From the NCBI GenBank assembly GCA_016209035.1, contig JACQWX010000029.1, forward strand, positions 1,676 through 65,675: a stretch of 64,000 bases of DNA, in the 5' to 3' direction. Both the position numbers and the translations under genes were made by a program. The stretch comes from Elusimicrobiota bacterium (GTDB lineage: Bacteria; Elusimicrobiota; Elusimicrobia; UBA1565; UBA9628). Under the pieces are notes generated by a model. That model saw only the letters and a program-made list of their open reading frames with translations. It did no database searches and was not told the origin of the DNA. Positions 18,201-28,900 of the stretch are shown piece by piece (the first letter of the stretch is position 1; every line of letters begins with the position of its first letter).

Positions 18201-20921
18201 TTCTTCGACTCGGTGCGGTTCTCAGTGGCCAATGCGGGCTCCGAGTCCCTGAGCATGGGCCCAGCGTCCCTGGAGTTCGTCGATCAGCCCATGATCCAGA
18301 CCGTGCCTGCGTCTGCGGTCTCCCTGGCCTCTGGGGAGTCCGCCCTCCTGACCGGCATCGTTGCCACGCCTCCCAGCCTGCCCGGTTCCGTAAGCCTCAA
18401 GGCCCGGCTTCCCGTCCCTTCGGAGCCTGGGACCTCGCTCGCGCTGGTCCGCTCCTTCACCCTGGAATCCTCCGACCCGGTGGAGCCGGTCGTGGAGATA
18501 CTGCCAGGCGTGATGACTCCCGGGGCCATGGCCGACGTCCAGGTCAGGCTCCACAACCGCGGCTCTGCCGCGATGGACTTGCTGACAGGGCAGATGATCG
18601 GGGCCTCGCCTGCGCCGGTGGACTCCCTGGTGGCAAGGCTCAAGACCCCTGAAGGCACGCTTCTGGCGCAGGGAGGCGTTCTACAGACCGGAGGCGGAGC
18701 TTCCGGTCTGTACTTGGACGGGAAGCAGTGGTATTTCGTCTCGATCCCTGCCGGCTCGAACTTCCTGTTCGAGCCCATCGAGCTTTTGGTCCCGGATGCG
18801 GCAGGCTCGTCGGCCAAGGTGTCGGTCGTGGTCGCAACGCCCTCCTACAGCCTGGCCTTCAACCCTGTCCCAGGGACACGGAGGTTCGAGGGACTCTCTT
18901 CGCAGGTGCTGGTGAGCAGCATCGCCTACACGGCGACGGTCTCGGTGGAACGGGCCTATTACGACCAGGGGTCCTCAATGACCTTCACCGGCACGGCGAA
19001 GGACTCCCTGGGAGGACTCTTGCCCTACTCCACGGTGACGGTGCACGTGCTGAACCGTGGCTACGACCGTCACCTGACCACGGTGACGGACGAAGCCGGA
19101 GCCTACGCGGCGGTGTTCTACCCTCTTCCAAACGAAGCCGGCATCTACCAGGTAAGCGCCACGCATCCCGACATCGTAACGCACCTGATGCAGGCGAGCT
19201 TTACCATCGTGGACCTTGAGTACCAGTACCGGGAGTTCACCGCGAGCATAGCGCAGAACTCCCAGATGTTGTTTACGGTGAGGCTGACGAATACCGGCGA
19301 GGCTGCGTTGACCGGTCTCGCCGGAGAGGTGGTGCTCTCGACATCGGCTCCGGGAGTCCGGTTGTCGCTAGATCCCGCGAGCCTGCCCGGCATGCTCTCA
19401 GCAGGAGCGCAGGTAGAGCTTAGGCTGACGGCCTCGGCAGAACCCACAGCGCAGGTAGGCGCGGCCTATCTTTTCCTTGTCGTCAGCGAGTCCCACGGCT
19501 TCACGAGGACGCTTCCGGTCAAGGTCAAGGTAGGCGCTTCGCTGGCAATACCCACAGCCACGCCCCAGATGTTCGAGCTTGGCATGGCAGCGGGCGAGTC
19601 CAGGACGCAGGCGGTCACGCTCAAGAACGAAGGGTTTGCCCCGTGGCTTCAGGTCAGGCTCTCCCAGCCGACGCTGGGGTGGGTTCACATAGACGGTCTG
19701 ACCGACCTGGGGGACATCCAGCCTGGAGGCAACTCCAACTTCAGTCTGAGGATCGAGCCTCCGTCCAGCCTGCCCAATCAATCCTACGCGCAGAACCCGC
19801 TCTTGGAGGTCTATTCGCTCAACGCCGCGACCGTGTCCATCAATGCGGGGATCGTGGTGACCTCTTCCAAGCAGGGCGGCCTCGTCTTCCAAGTCATCAA
19901 TGCGGACGAGCAGAGGGACGCCAACGACAATGGCGTGCCTATCGCGGGCGCGGTAGCCACCCTGACGAGCCTTGACATCGCGGGGCTCGCCTTCAAGATC
20001 ACCGGGGACGCCAACGGGATCATTGAGTTCCAGAACGTTCCCAGCGGCAAGTACGCCTGGACCGTGGAGGCCCCGGGGTTCCTGGCCGAGTCGGGGACCA
20101 CGGACATCCAGCCCGGGCTGACCAAGACTATCGAATCGGTTATGGCCACGGCCACGGTAACCTACGAATGGACGGTGACGCCGACCACAATCACGGATGT
20201 CTACCAGATCACGCTTCAACAGACCTTTAAGACTGATGTCCCGGCCCCAGTAGTGGTGCTTGACCCACCCATCATCCATTTGAACGTTGAATCACACGTC
20301 GAGGTTTCCGGTCAGTTCACGGTGTCGAACAAGGGAATCGTTTCGGCGTTCGACGTGACGCTGCAACCCAGCAGCCCGGACGGGGAGGTCAAGATCGATC
20401 TGCCGTTCACCAAGATTCCCGAGCTAAGGCCAGGGGAGACGGTTGTTGTTCCTTACAAAATCAGCCACGGACAGTTGGCGGGGCCGGCCTGTCACAATCA
20501 TCCCGCTGCCATCGGGGCAGTGTTTGTCCGTCCATGCGCGGCCGGTATCATCATAAACGGGACGTGCGTGCCGATAAAGATTACTGTTGCCAGTGAGTTG
20601 AAGTCCTGTGCCGTCGGCGACGGCAGTGTGGGCGGCGCACGACCTCCCACCGGAGGCGGCGGCATCTGGGAGGCCACGAAACAGTGGATCAGCGCGATGT
20701 TCGGGACGCAGGTAGTCAAGAAACAATGTAGACCTCGCTGCAAACTCAAACGGGAAAGGAAATTTAAAGAATCAGACTTGCCTGATTCACGGTGGGAAAC
20801 GGAGTGCATGTATGAATGTGACGATGGGTACCTTTTTTATGATTACCTGATTGGGACAGCAGATGTCGCGTATGACTGTGAATTCTACGCCCCTGATCCC
20901 CGGGGCCCTCCGCCACGGTGA
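12270..20921 (+). CDS. Giant (2883 aa) secreted cell-surface multi-domain protein: repeated FN3-FN3-Ig-like modules, CARDB-like and carboxypeptidase-regulatory-like domains, Cys-rich C-terminal tail
   Basis: It has a signal peptide MSLSLSGLLAVLLSGVPTASAS. At least three repeated modules carry FN3 signatures (SWxxP, YYYRV), and Ig-like units begin DAVPP/DPIPP. A CarbopepD_reg-like segment (TVHVLNRGYDRHLTTVTDEAGAYAAVF) follows. The final ~150 aa contain 12 Cys and the coding composition drops to low GC. Confidence 0.8.
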   Translation: MSLSLSGLLAVLLSGVPTASASTGAISGTIIYDAGFTPGSTITVVVSTDMFRGEMISATVTSAGGTTVAYSLELPAPESYVIGAFVGDNLDSLSPSTPLGFYQDFTLVPLSAGETVSGKDFSLALDGQSPTSGFTSPAAGSTITALSTLEGTATDNLGAEAYPDMAALDLTNGKWWSPWDRVWIATTTTPLYYGVGADAAGKPSTFTWTMDISTGSGGWRFGGLAGYLANNHRYRLYASFGDYVGNRQAPPATAEFTWDGPTGDLLPPAPEYVDGSALGTSSIAWRWGAVTDATGYSVYESSEGPLIAAVATNTYTSAGFSTNTGHMICVSASNEYGESPRKCLPYFLFTLAAVPGEPRALVRSSTTITWEWDPETNPAATFYELALSTDDFASGAGALLGFNFSTGTATTGLEPDTTYYARVRAANGNFILTGFSGSGSTKTLIAAPLPPVNLSAVFDRVDAAVNLSWEPAPTGSPAVYFDISRSASPTGSFVLISTGLTATSYIDRPPASAAYYYRVYSVGEFGAPSTLPATANALFDVIPPQAVTGLGLAGLRPAQNEVVLSWTAPSDDYSGVSRYLVLSSTMADFSAGVATQTWDSSAVPGSTVTATVWVSTTQSQYFAVIAQDAVGNESSRSTSILVDAVPPVITSFNLAEGEVVSRPRLLNVQASDNQGFFDSLFYKIDGVVVSTISYGQPHAYFWDTRDYAQDGPHSVEVIVRDNFGNEAALSRSVTVVYSTPAAPVFYAPQEGFTTRVATVSVQILAEPYTAVRVLADSVEIATAALGQNAWLFTTVSLPAEGDIALAAVTFEPRGESSTSTPVHVAYFSEPPLPPESLFAAVDLQARSITLSWQPAASGTLATAFNVYRGTQPAGAELLRSGVTTFYYLDQPLLSATYYYRISATHGAGLEGQPSSPVSAFFDIYPPQPVSDLRAGDYRPSQAQLDLIWTAPQDDFSGLSRYVLYDSTTGVFDAGSSSTVIQAISQPGETDGYTVSVATTQTRYFRLKAGDRAGNLSTFSNTLFFDPIPPQIVSVDLAEGPVVSRPRSVTVQATDNVGLAQVLFRVDGATVASMASPPYSFIWDTRLHSDGMHVLRGVAYDVAGNTGIAEIPVTLNYMPPAAPTILSPATGYATTVATVSLSGIAEAGTTVQLLINGGLASSVWVPLQGGIGGFQFTDVPLASEGVNTLNVRSSDIKGASANSSAIQVFLYLAAPPPPQGVTAEAQPGGTVRLDWVVPSTGTVAFYRVYRSTDETVFLSTEPLAAGLRIADNVVAVPFLDSPSTEAAYFYAVTANDPVGNESYLSDIVSAVSDRGAPSASFQLESATGPLGPGQHPLLLTVSENLVAIPIVTFTPLNGSPLPVNLAPLSPLVWRGTVTVTSAMQEGAANLGFQGSDYVGNVGTTIIAGGTLVLDTKGPLGAVSLGKASPVGPGPLALTLTLNEPAVSTPSLSFTPYGGSPLPIALAQSVGSTDNKSWSGTILVSSGTGDGQATFAFSGQDLVGNAGDSLSGGTTFFVVDAVPPGAPRYLTPVPGKAGVVQLSWTVPLGERPSRYTVYRDGERIADAVPVNSDGSGTFSDLPAEGSHEYAVSALDAAANEGSLSDPVSATSDATAPPAPANLTAVLYGFGQIQITWEPGAGESLASYRLYRTTHSISTLAGLTPRPAASPYLDSPTEDATYHYVVTSLDSAGNESPPSSEVSLLFDKAAPRIAVSGVAEGGFYNGPVLPSWTVADGNLDPSSARGALDGNPFVSGSMVSAEGGHVLLVTASDTEGHASTATVSFTLDLTTPAINISGVQEGGVYRGTVAAVITATDLHLLSTSYLLTNLTLNTTVPYSSGEPMARNGSYVLRAQAQDRAGNDRTSEVSFTLEVGPIAPLNLAVEAAKSAGARLTWQKPEPGVIAYRVYRDDARISASLYQETSFQDSGFIAGTERVYEVSAVDYSGIEGPKARVTVPAVSLELAGYGTARDGKQYLTRGFFDSVRFSVANAGSESLSMGPASLEFVDQPMIQTVPASAVSLASGESALLTGIVATPPSLPGSVSLKARLPVPSEPGTSLALVRSFTLESSDPVEPVVEILPGVMTPGAMADVQVRLHNRGSAAMDLLTGQMIGASPAPVDSLVARLKTPEGTLLAQGGVLQTGGGASGLYLDGKQWYFVSIPAGSNFLFEPIELLVPDAAGSSAKVSVVVATPSYSLAFNPVPGTRRFEGLSSQVLVSSIAYTATVSVERAYYDQGSSMTFTGTAKDSLGGLLPYSTVTVHVLNRGYDRHLTTVTDEAGAYAAVFYPLPNEAGIYQVSATHPDIVTHLMQASFTIVDLEYQYREFTASIAQNSQMLFTVRLTNTGEAALTGLAGEVVLSTSAPGVRLSLDPASLPGMLSAGAQVELRLTASAEPTAQVGAAYLFLVVSESHGFTRTLPVKVKVGASLAIPTATPQMFELGMAAGESRTQAVTLKNEGFAPWLQVRLSQPTLGWVHIDGLTDLGDIQPGGNSNFSLRIEPPSSLPNQSYAQNPLLEVYSLNAATVSINAGIVVTSSKQGGLVFQVINADEQRDANDNGVPIAGAVATLTSLDIAGLAFKITGDANGIIEFQNVPSGKYAWTVEAPGFLAESGTTDIQPGLTKTIESVMATATVTYEWTVTPTTITDVYQITLQQTFKTDVPAPVVVLDPPIIHLNVESHVEVSGQFTVSNKGIVSAFDVTLQPSSPDGEVKIDLPFTKIPELRPGETVVVPYKISHGQLAGPACHNHPAAIGAVFVRPCAAGIIINGTCVPIKITVASELKSCAVGDGSVGGARPPTGGGGIWEATKQWISAMFGTQVVKKQCRPRCKLKRERKFKESDLPDSRWETECMYECDDGYLFYDYLIGTADVAYDCEFYAPDPRGPPPR

Positions 20922-20925
20922 GACT

Positions 20926-21978
20926 ATGGTTGCGAGATTGATTGCCTTGGAGGAAGGCTGGCAACTGTGCAGGCGTATCGTTGCGCCAGAATGGTTATTG
21001 TCGTTGTCAGTAGATACTGAGAAGCAACGATTGATTTGGTCCTATCTTGATTTAGACAAGAATGTCATCAACAGACTGCGCACAGAAGCACCCCCACTCC
21101 CTTGCGATCCCGCGGTAATACTCCCCACCTGTGACCTCGTCTTTGCCAGCACACGCGGCATTTCATCTTTTCGGTTGTCTACATATGCAGAACAATTGCT
21201 CGTGCCAGCAGATAACAATTACATGGTTCGCAATCTATGGGTGTCCCCGAAGGATGATTTGGAACTGCTCTTCATTCAATCTGATCTGGGCATGTTATCA
21301 GATGCCTCCACTGCGGGAAAGGACATTGTTCATATCGTAAGAGAAGAAGCCGTCCTTGTCTCGTGGCATGCGAACACGGGACGATCCCGAATTGTTTCGA
21401 AGTTTTCGAGTATTCCGGTTTTTGCGGATGTGGCATGGGAACATGGAGCGTTTTTCGCCTCTCTAGCAAATGGCGAAGTAATCAGATGCGATTTGGAATC
21501 GGGTGTTGTATCCTTACGGGAGAGCCTAAAAGCCTATAGCTCGGTTGCCGTTTCTCCCAGAGGGACATTGCTGACCTGGGATGATATGGATTCAGGTGTT
21601 GTGGAGACTTGCCAAGATGGAACTTGTTCACGCCTGACGCCGTTCGGAGGATTTCCGGCCTTTTCACCGGGTGGCGAGGCAATGGCTTTCTTGCGACAGA
21701 ATAGTGAGTTGTGGCTAAAATCATCCGATGGGCAACTCCATCGAATCGTGGCATTCCCAAAAACGGACTCGAAAATATTTGATTTCCCCACATGGTGCCA
21801 TTGCGGCAATCATCTCGCCATCAATCTGGTTATTTCAGGACTAGGCCCTGTCAGGCAGATGCTGGTTGTTGCTGATTTCTCTCAGCGCTTAGTGTGTATG
21901 CAGGAACGTTCCTCGCCTGCGTCGTCTGGAGGACGTGCTTGGATTCCCAAGATTGCCCTATGTCGCCAACATTGTTGA
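20926..21978 (+). CDS. Hypothetical cytoplasmic protein (~350 aa), possibly degenerate TolB/PD40-like beta-propeller; low-GC
   Basis: The ORF begins immediately after the giant-1 stop. It has no signal peptide and blade-like motifs (FPAFSPGGEAMAF, SVAVSPRGTLLTW). GC is about 40-53%, against ~68% in the flanks. The first 25 codons of the listed ORF (from 20851) overlap giant 1 in another frame and were rejected. Confidence 0.5.
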   Translation: MVARLIALEEGWQLCRRIVAPEWLLSLSVDTEKQRLIWSYLDLDKNVINRLRTEAPPLPCDPAVILPTCDLVFASTRGISSFRLSTYAEQLLVPADNNYMVRNLWVSPKDDLELLFIQSDLGMLSDASTAGKDIVHIVREEAVLVSWHANTGRSRIVSKFSSIPVFADVAWEHGAFFASLANGEVIRCDLESGVVSLRESLKAYSSVAVSPRGTLLTWDDMDSGVVETCQDGTCSRLTPFGGFPAFSPGGEAMAFLRQNSELWLKSSDGQLHRIVAFPKTDSKIFDFPTWCHCGNHLAINLVISGLGPVRQMLVVADFSQRLVCMQERSSPASSGGRAWIPKIALCRQHC

Positions 21979-22162
21979 GGTTTAATGAGACACTTCGGTC
22001 GTTGCCGGAGTTTGCGGTTTAGGCCGTGCCTTGGTCTGGTAGAATAGCCAAGGAGGCTGACATGGAGACGACGATGGAGCAGGTGGCGGACCATGTCGTT
22101 GTCTGGCGGTCGCATTTGGTTGCCTAAGCAATGCTTCACCCGAATGGGGCAGGAATGATCTG

Positions 22163-22987
22163 ATGTCTGTGAACATGCTGAATGCGCAATCGAGAAGTCA
22201 AGAGTGCAGCTCCGATCCAATGAATTTCATTCCCGCGTGGAAGGGATGCCGAGTCCACGGCTGGAGTTGCAGATGGGTACTGGTGTCACTGCTAGTCATG
22301 ATTCATTCGGTGCAACTTCCGGCGACAGAACCCATCGCCAAGATAACCCCACCCCTCGCGCGCGAGATTCAGAAGAACGAGCGAAGCATCGTCTTTGTCG
22401 ACGTTCGGTCACCCGCAGAATATGTTAAAGGGCATATCAAGGGGGCCCTTAATGTTCCTGTTGCAGACCTCCGCACTAGCACCATTCCGCAAGCCGATTT
22501 GGTGGTGGTCTATTGCCCCGACGAGGGATGTGCTCGTAGCGACCGTGCTGCATATGAATTGCTCGGCCTAGGCATCGCCAATGTGCGTGTGCTTGAGGGT
22601 GGCTTGGCCGGATGGCAACAGTACCGGTACCCTGTGGAACCTGCGCCTGCCGCAGCCCGCGTTGTCAGGATGTTGCCCGCGGAATTGCGTCGCTTGCTTG
22701 TGTCCTCTAAAATGATCGTGATTGACACCCGGCGCCATGATGAGTTCGTCGCCGGGCATGTTCCAGGGGCGGTGAATCTGCCGTTGGAAGGTCTGCCCGA
22801 GAGCTTGGCGTCAATGGAAAACAAAGGGCCCTGCGTGGTCTATGACCGGCTGCAGGAGCGCGCGCGCCAAGCAGCCATGATCTTGGCGGAGTCGGGGCGC
22901 GAAGCCCGCGAGCTTGTCGGCGGCATCGGGGCGTGGTCCAAGAAGGGCTATCCGATGGCGGTGGGGAATCAGTCCGAGGTGAAATGA
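22163..22987 (+). CDS. Tandem rhodanese-domain (sulfurtransferase-like) protein
   Basis: There are two rhodanese modules. The first has VFVDVRSPAEYVKGHIKGALNVP ... VVYCPDEGCARSD, with the CPDEGC active-site loop. The second has VIDTRRHDEFVAGHVPGAVNLP. Start is uncertain (an alternative is 22222). The stop overlaps the giant-2 ATG. Confidence 0.65.
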   Translation: MSVNMLNAQSRSQECSSDPMNFIPAWKGCRVHGWSCRWVLVSLLVMIHSVQLPATEPIAKITPPLAREIQKNERSIVFVDVRSPAEYVKGHIKGALNVPVADLRTSTIPQADLVVVYCPDEGCARSDRAAYELLGLGIANVRVLEGGLAGWQQYRYPVEPAPAAARVVRMLPAELRRLLVSSKMIVIDTRRHDEFVAGHVPGAVNLPLEGLPESLASMENKGPCVVYDRLQERARQAAMILAESGREARELVGGIGAWSKKGYPMAVGNQSEVK

Positions 22988-25900
22988 GGATCTGCATGCC
23001 GGGCGGTTGGCTGAGATTGTGGCGGGCGTTGATATTGGCGTCCGCCGTGATTCCTTCGTGGCAAGGGCTGTTGTCGGCCCAGGACGAGACGGTTTGCGCG
23101 GTTGTCAAGCTGGAGATCAAGCAGGAAGCCACGCTGGAGAGGGAGGCGTTCGACGCCCGCCTGCTGCTTAACAACAACTCGACGACTCAGCCCCTACAGA
23201 ATCTTTTCGTCAACTTTACAATCACCGATATCGACGGCAATCCGGCTGACATCCTTTTCTTCGTCAAGATCAGCTCGCTCAGCAACACCAACGCCATAGA
23301 CGGCACCGGCGTGGTCCAGTCCAGCAGCACGGCGGATATCCACTGGCTGATTATCCCTTCGACCGGCGCGGGCGGGAGCAATCCGCTGGGGCTGCGCTAT
23401 GCCATCCGGGCGAACATCTCCTACACGGCTAACGGCATCCCCCAGTTATTGAGCACTTTTGACGCTTTCATTACGGTGAAGCCTCAGCCTTCCACGAAGC
23501 TCGAATACGTCCTGCCCTACGAGGTGTTCTCTGACGAGCCCCTGACCGTTGAGATTGAGCCCATCGAGCCTTTCCCCTTGGGCGTGCGGGTGACCAACGT
23601 AGGCTATGGCACGGCCAGGAACTTCCAGATCGACTCAGCCCAGCCCAGGATAGTCGAGAACAAGCAGGGTTTGGCCGTTGACTTCAAGCTCCTGGGAACG
23701 GTGGTGGCTGGGAATACCATTCCTGATACCCTGCTTGTTCCTTTCGGCGACGTGGCTCCTGGGGGTGTTGGCCAAGCATCCTGGATCATGTCTACGACGC
23801 TCTCAGGCCGGTTCATCGAGTTCACCTCGACGTTTACCCACGCGGCCGAGCTTGGGGGTGCCCTCACATCCCTTATCCAGAGCGTGACGACCTACACCTT
23901 GCTCAAGGACGTTCTCGTGGACCTGCCTGGAAGGGACCGCGTGCCGGACTTCCTGGTCAACATGGGGCAGCCCAGGGGCGAGGGGATGCAGGCCCTGTTG
24001 GATTCTGGAGGAACCATTGCGGCTGAGTACATCCTGGAGTCCGACCAGCCGACACCGATCCAGGTTACCGAGGTTCCGGCGGCCGTTTCGGGAACCTTGG
24101 CAGGGACCAATGCGAGCCTGACGCTCTCGTTCGCGCAGCCGGTAGGATCCAATGTATGGGCCCATTCCTCCGTCCCGGTCGTGTTGCCGGCCGGAGTCAG
24201 CCTTGTGTTCGTAACGCGGTCGGACGGAAAGGCGCTCAATCCCGCCAACGGCTGGATATCCAAACACTTTCGGAAGTCAGACCGGTCCGTACTGCGCCGG
24301 CTCAACGTCATTGACCTGACATCGAGCGCGACGGCCTACGTTTTTAACTTCAGCGCCGCGGGCCTGGAGCAGGCGCCCGGCGCCGTCGCCGACCTGGCGG
24401 CTGCGACCGGCCAGCGTGGGGGTGAGCTCGCGTTGTCCTGGACCGCTCCTGGCGAGGACGGCCAGACAGGAGCGATACTGGGCGGACGGTATTTGATCCA
24501 GCACGAGGTTGACCAGAGCGCATCGTTCGCGCCCGCGGCGGCCCTGGTGGTCTTCGCCACCTCGACCGCTCCAGGCAGGATCGAACGCTATGTCCTGACC
24601 GGCGCGATCGGCAATACGACCAACTATCTCAGGCTCTGGACCCAGGACACGGGCGGCGCGATGTCCGGCATATCGAACGGCGCGACTGCATATGCCCTGC
24701 CCAATCCTCCGGCTCAAAGTGCTTTCGTGGCCGTCAGCTCGGAAGCGTTGGGAGTCTCCTGGGTAATCGGCAACAATAGCCTTCCGATCGAATATCAAGT
24801 GGTCGTGAACACGGACTTGGCCGAGCCTTTCGTGAGTTCAAGCCCGTTCTTCGGTTCCTTCCAGAACAGCTTCACTTTCGCTGGTCTTGCGCCCAATACC
24901 GCCTACACTCTCTTCGGCTTTGCCCGCAACCCTGAGACTGGGGCCAGGTCCGAGATGGCGGTCCTTGGGAGCACGACGACCTTGGCTACCCCGCCAGTTG
25001 CCCAGCCGTTCGCTGACCTGTCCACGAACAGCCTGACCGCTGCCTGGGCCATAGGGAGCAACCCTGCCGGGACCGAGTACTGGGTCGAGCTTTCGACCCT
25101 TCCTGAGCGAGCGCCGGTCATTGCCCAGAGCGGCTGGATCAGGGCCGGCAGCTTCACATTCTCCGGGCTTGCGTCCGCCACGACCTACTATGCCCGGGCC
25201 AAAGCGAGGAACCTGGGGCTGGTGGAGACTGGGTTCACGGACCTCGGGGCGGCATGGACGAGTTCCGCGGACAACATGCCTCCGAGGACCGGCCTTGTCG
25301 TGGGACTGCCCAGATTCGGCGCCGCCCCGGTCTTCGTTACTGACAAGACGACCTTCAGCTTTACGGTGGCCGACGACCTGGAGACGGTTGGGGACGGCGC
25401 GGGCTTGGGCGCGGCGTACACTATGGTGTCCGTGGATACCGCTCCTTTCTTCAACTTTGCCGCGGCCTTCAGCCTGGTCGAGCCCGGGATGCATACGATC
25501 CGGTACTACAGCGTGGACTACCTCAACAATGTCGAGACGGAACGTCAGGCTGCGGTGGTAGTCGACGCAATCGCTCCCGCAACCTCATTGGAAGTGTTGG
25601 GAAGCTCGAGGGTCGTGGGCGGGATGATTGAACTCTTTGAGGGGTCCAACATCACCTTGACAGCCAGTGATCCAGAACCTGTCGGTGTCGGCTCAGGGGT
25701 TGGAAGGACGATCTTCTTGATTGACACGGCTCCTGAGAACTGCATCGGGGGTGCGCCTGCTTGGCCGCCTGACCCTTCCTTTCCGCAAGGGAGTTGCCGA
25801 AACCCCGTCTTCACCGCTCCTTTCGCGCTCTCGAAAGGAACTCACACCGTCCTCTATTATTCAGTGGACCACGTCGGGAATACCGAGGTACCGGGATCAA

Positions 25901-28900
25901 TCGCTTTGAGTGTGTCGCGGCCTCCGGGGGATATCACGGAGACCGGGCGGGTTGATTTCAGGTTCTCATTCGGCGGCCAGGGAAGCGCGCCAGGGCAGTT
26001 CAATTTCATGTCAGACGTTAGCGTAGATCAGGAGGGCAACGTCTACGCGGCGGACTCTGGGAATGCGCGAATCCAGAAATTCAACCCCGCAGGGGGTTTT
26101 CTGCTGGCGTGGGGCAGCTATGGCAGCGGTCCAGGGCAGTTCTCCGGCTTATGGGCGATCAATGTGTGCGCAGGCTTCGCTGAACAACGCGTGGTTGCCG
26201 TTGACAACCCGAACCGGCGCGTCCAGATTTTCACCAGCACGGGCGGTCTTCTTGGGCAAATTGGGCCCGGTATCGGCGGTTCGACCTTCACCCTCAGCTA
26301 TCCAGTCGGCGTAGCCTGTGACGGGGCGGGACATGTCTATATTGGAGATCAGGGTCTGCGCTTGATCTTGAAAACGGACCAGACCGGTCGGCTCCTGGGT
26401 TCTTGGTCCATTCCCGAGGGGGGCATCGGCCGTATCGCTGTTGACATGTCCGGGATGGTCTATGTTTCCGTCGGACGAGCAGTCTTCAAATTCACGGCCG
26501 ATGGCACGCTGCTTCAGCGTTTCGGGGACCCGAATTCAACGCTAGGCAACCTGAGCCGCTCCCAAGGCATGGCCTTCGACATCTTCAACAACCTCTATGT
26601 AGGCGACAGTTGCACGGGGGGACAGGGTGTTCAGGTCTTCGCGCCTTCAGGAACCTTTCTTGCGAAATTCGGCGAACCTGGGACTGCGCCTGGGCAGTTC
26701 TTGAGTTACGTGGTGCAAGGCGTCGGGATCGACCGGTGGACGGGCAGGATTTTTGCGACCGATACCAGCGAGAATCGCGTTGAAGTGTTCGATGTCGCAG
26801 TCCCGACCACGGATATCAAGGCCCCGCTGACGAAGCTGCTGGTTCTGGGCCCATCCGGAGCAACCGGGGACGGCAATTTGATTGTCACTACGACCACCTT
26901 GCTCTCATTTGAATCCGTTGACTCGGCGCATCCTGGCATCGCTCCCTCCGGGGTCGCTTTCACCGAATATCGTTTGGATGAGACTGGTCCTTTCCAGCGG
27001 TTCACCACGCCCTTTGCGCTTGAATTCGTAGTGGCCGGATTCCCATATCGCGGTATCGAATACCGAAGCACGGACCATGCAGGCAACGTAGAGCCGGCCA
27101 GGCTCGTTCATGTCTATTTGGACTTCACGCCTCCTCGCTCCGCCCTCTTCTTCGATGAGAACCAAGTGACCCAGATGTTCGGCCCTGAGAGCATCGCTCT
27201 GCCCGGCGATCTGGCATTTCCGGAGACAGAATTCACCATTGTGGCGCATGATCCTGGGAATCCGTTTTCCGCCGGCGTCGGCACGGTCACCGCGGCCCTG
27301 GATGGGATGCCGGTAGAGCTGGAACGTAAGCCTGAGACCTCGCCATGTCCAGAGCCTCTGCATGGTTGGGACTGCGTCAGGCTGGATGTTCCTGGCCAGG
27401 AGCGGCCGCTCGCGGAAGGCCTGCATTTACTCACATGGCAGAGCGGCGACAAGACCGGCAATTTCGACATACCGCGGACAGTGTCATTCAATGTGGTGCG
27501 CAGGCCGCCAAATGTCGTCAACAACCCGGCGCACAAGTTCCTGACGGCCTTGCAAAGTCCTGAGCCTGACGGGTTCTTCGGCTTGACCGATTTGGCAGTC
27601 GACTTTTTCGGCAACGTGTACGTGGCCAACCTCGGCCCATACAAAGCAACGATATGGCGATTCTCCTCGGATGGCGCGCTGCTTCAGCAATTCCCGATTG
27701 ACGCGCAAGGCATGGATGTCGGGGTCAGTCCTGTTCGGCTGGCCATCAACCCGACACTTGACCGCAAGCTCCTGGTGACCGCGGGATACCATGTCGGTTT
27801 CTATACAACCGAGGGTTCGGTTCAGTACTTTCCGAGCACCTTCGGGGGCTTCAGCTTCGTCAACGCCTCCGACGCCGCCTTTGACTCCGCGGGAAACATC
27901 TATGTGGCGGATTCGGCGCAGGGCAAGATCTTCAAGTTCTCCCCGTCTCTTGAGTTCATCATGGCGTTCGGCGAGCGCGGAGGCGGTCAGTTCGTCACCG
28001 GCCCCGGTCGACTGGCGTCTGACCGGAACGGGCACATTTTTGCGACAGACACCAACCCGGGCCGCATCCTCAAATTCTCATCGGCGGGCGAATTCATCGG
28101 GAGCATCTCCGGCCCGATGGCGGAGCCCGACGGTCTCAGCACGGACATCTATGGCAATGTCCTTGTCGCGGACAGGAGTCTCAACGTCATTCATCTATTC
28201 AGCAGCACCGGCGCATTGGTGGGGCAAATAGGCTCTCCCGGCTCCGGTCAAGGCCAACTGGCGTCGCCCAGAGGATTGGACATCCATCTGCAAAGAGGAC
28301 GGGTCTATGTCGCGGACAGAGCCAATCAGCGTGTCCAGATATTCGCTCCGGATCTTCTCCCCGACACGGTCATGAACTTGCACGCCACGGCAACCATGGA
28401 GGGCGAGGTGCTCCTTTCCTGGACGGCTCCTGGGGAGGATGGCGGCACGGGCCAAGCCGCGAGCTATGAGCTGCGTTATTCTACGATGCCCATCACGAAC
28501 ATTTCGGAGTATCTCGAAGCCTCCACGGTCACGACGCCATCGCCTGGACCGGCCGGCTCGACCGAAACGCTGAGGATTGCCGGGCTGGCTGGGAACACGA
28601 GCTTCTACTTCGCATTGCGGGCATTTGACTCCGCCGGCAATCCGTCCGCCCTATCCAATACAGCCGTCGTCCGCACCCCATTCATCGTAAGAAGCGCCGC
28701 TATGATCAACGGCAATCCTGAGCTGTTGATGATAGCGTCGAACATCGAGCCTGCCGTTGTCTTGATCGACACCACCTCATCCGCCGGAGGTTTCGTGTTG
28801 GCCGCAGCCTCCAGCCAAACCCTGGAGCTGGCAAGCAACCTGTACGACGTAGGCCCTCCCGGCGCGGAATTCTCTCCTTTGGCCAGCCTTACCCTCAGGT

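Noticed and set aside
20851-20925. Upstream extension of the 375-aa ORF (MGQQMSRMTVNSTPLIPGALRHGET)
   Set aside because: It overlaps the last 24 codons of giant 1 in a different frame. A start at ATG 20926, immediately after the giant-1 stop, is more parsimonious.
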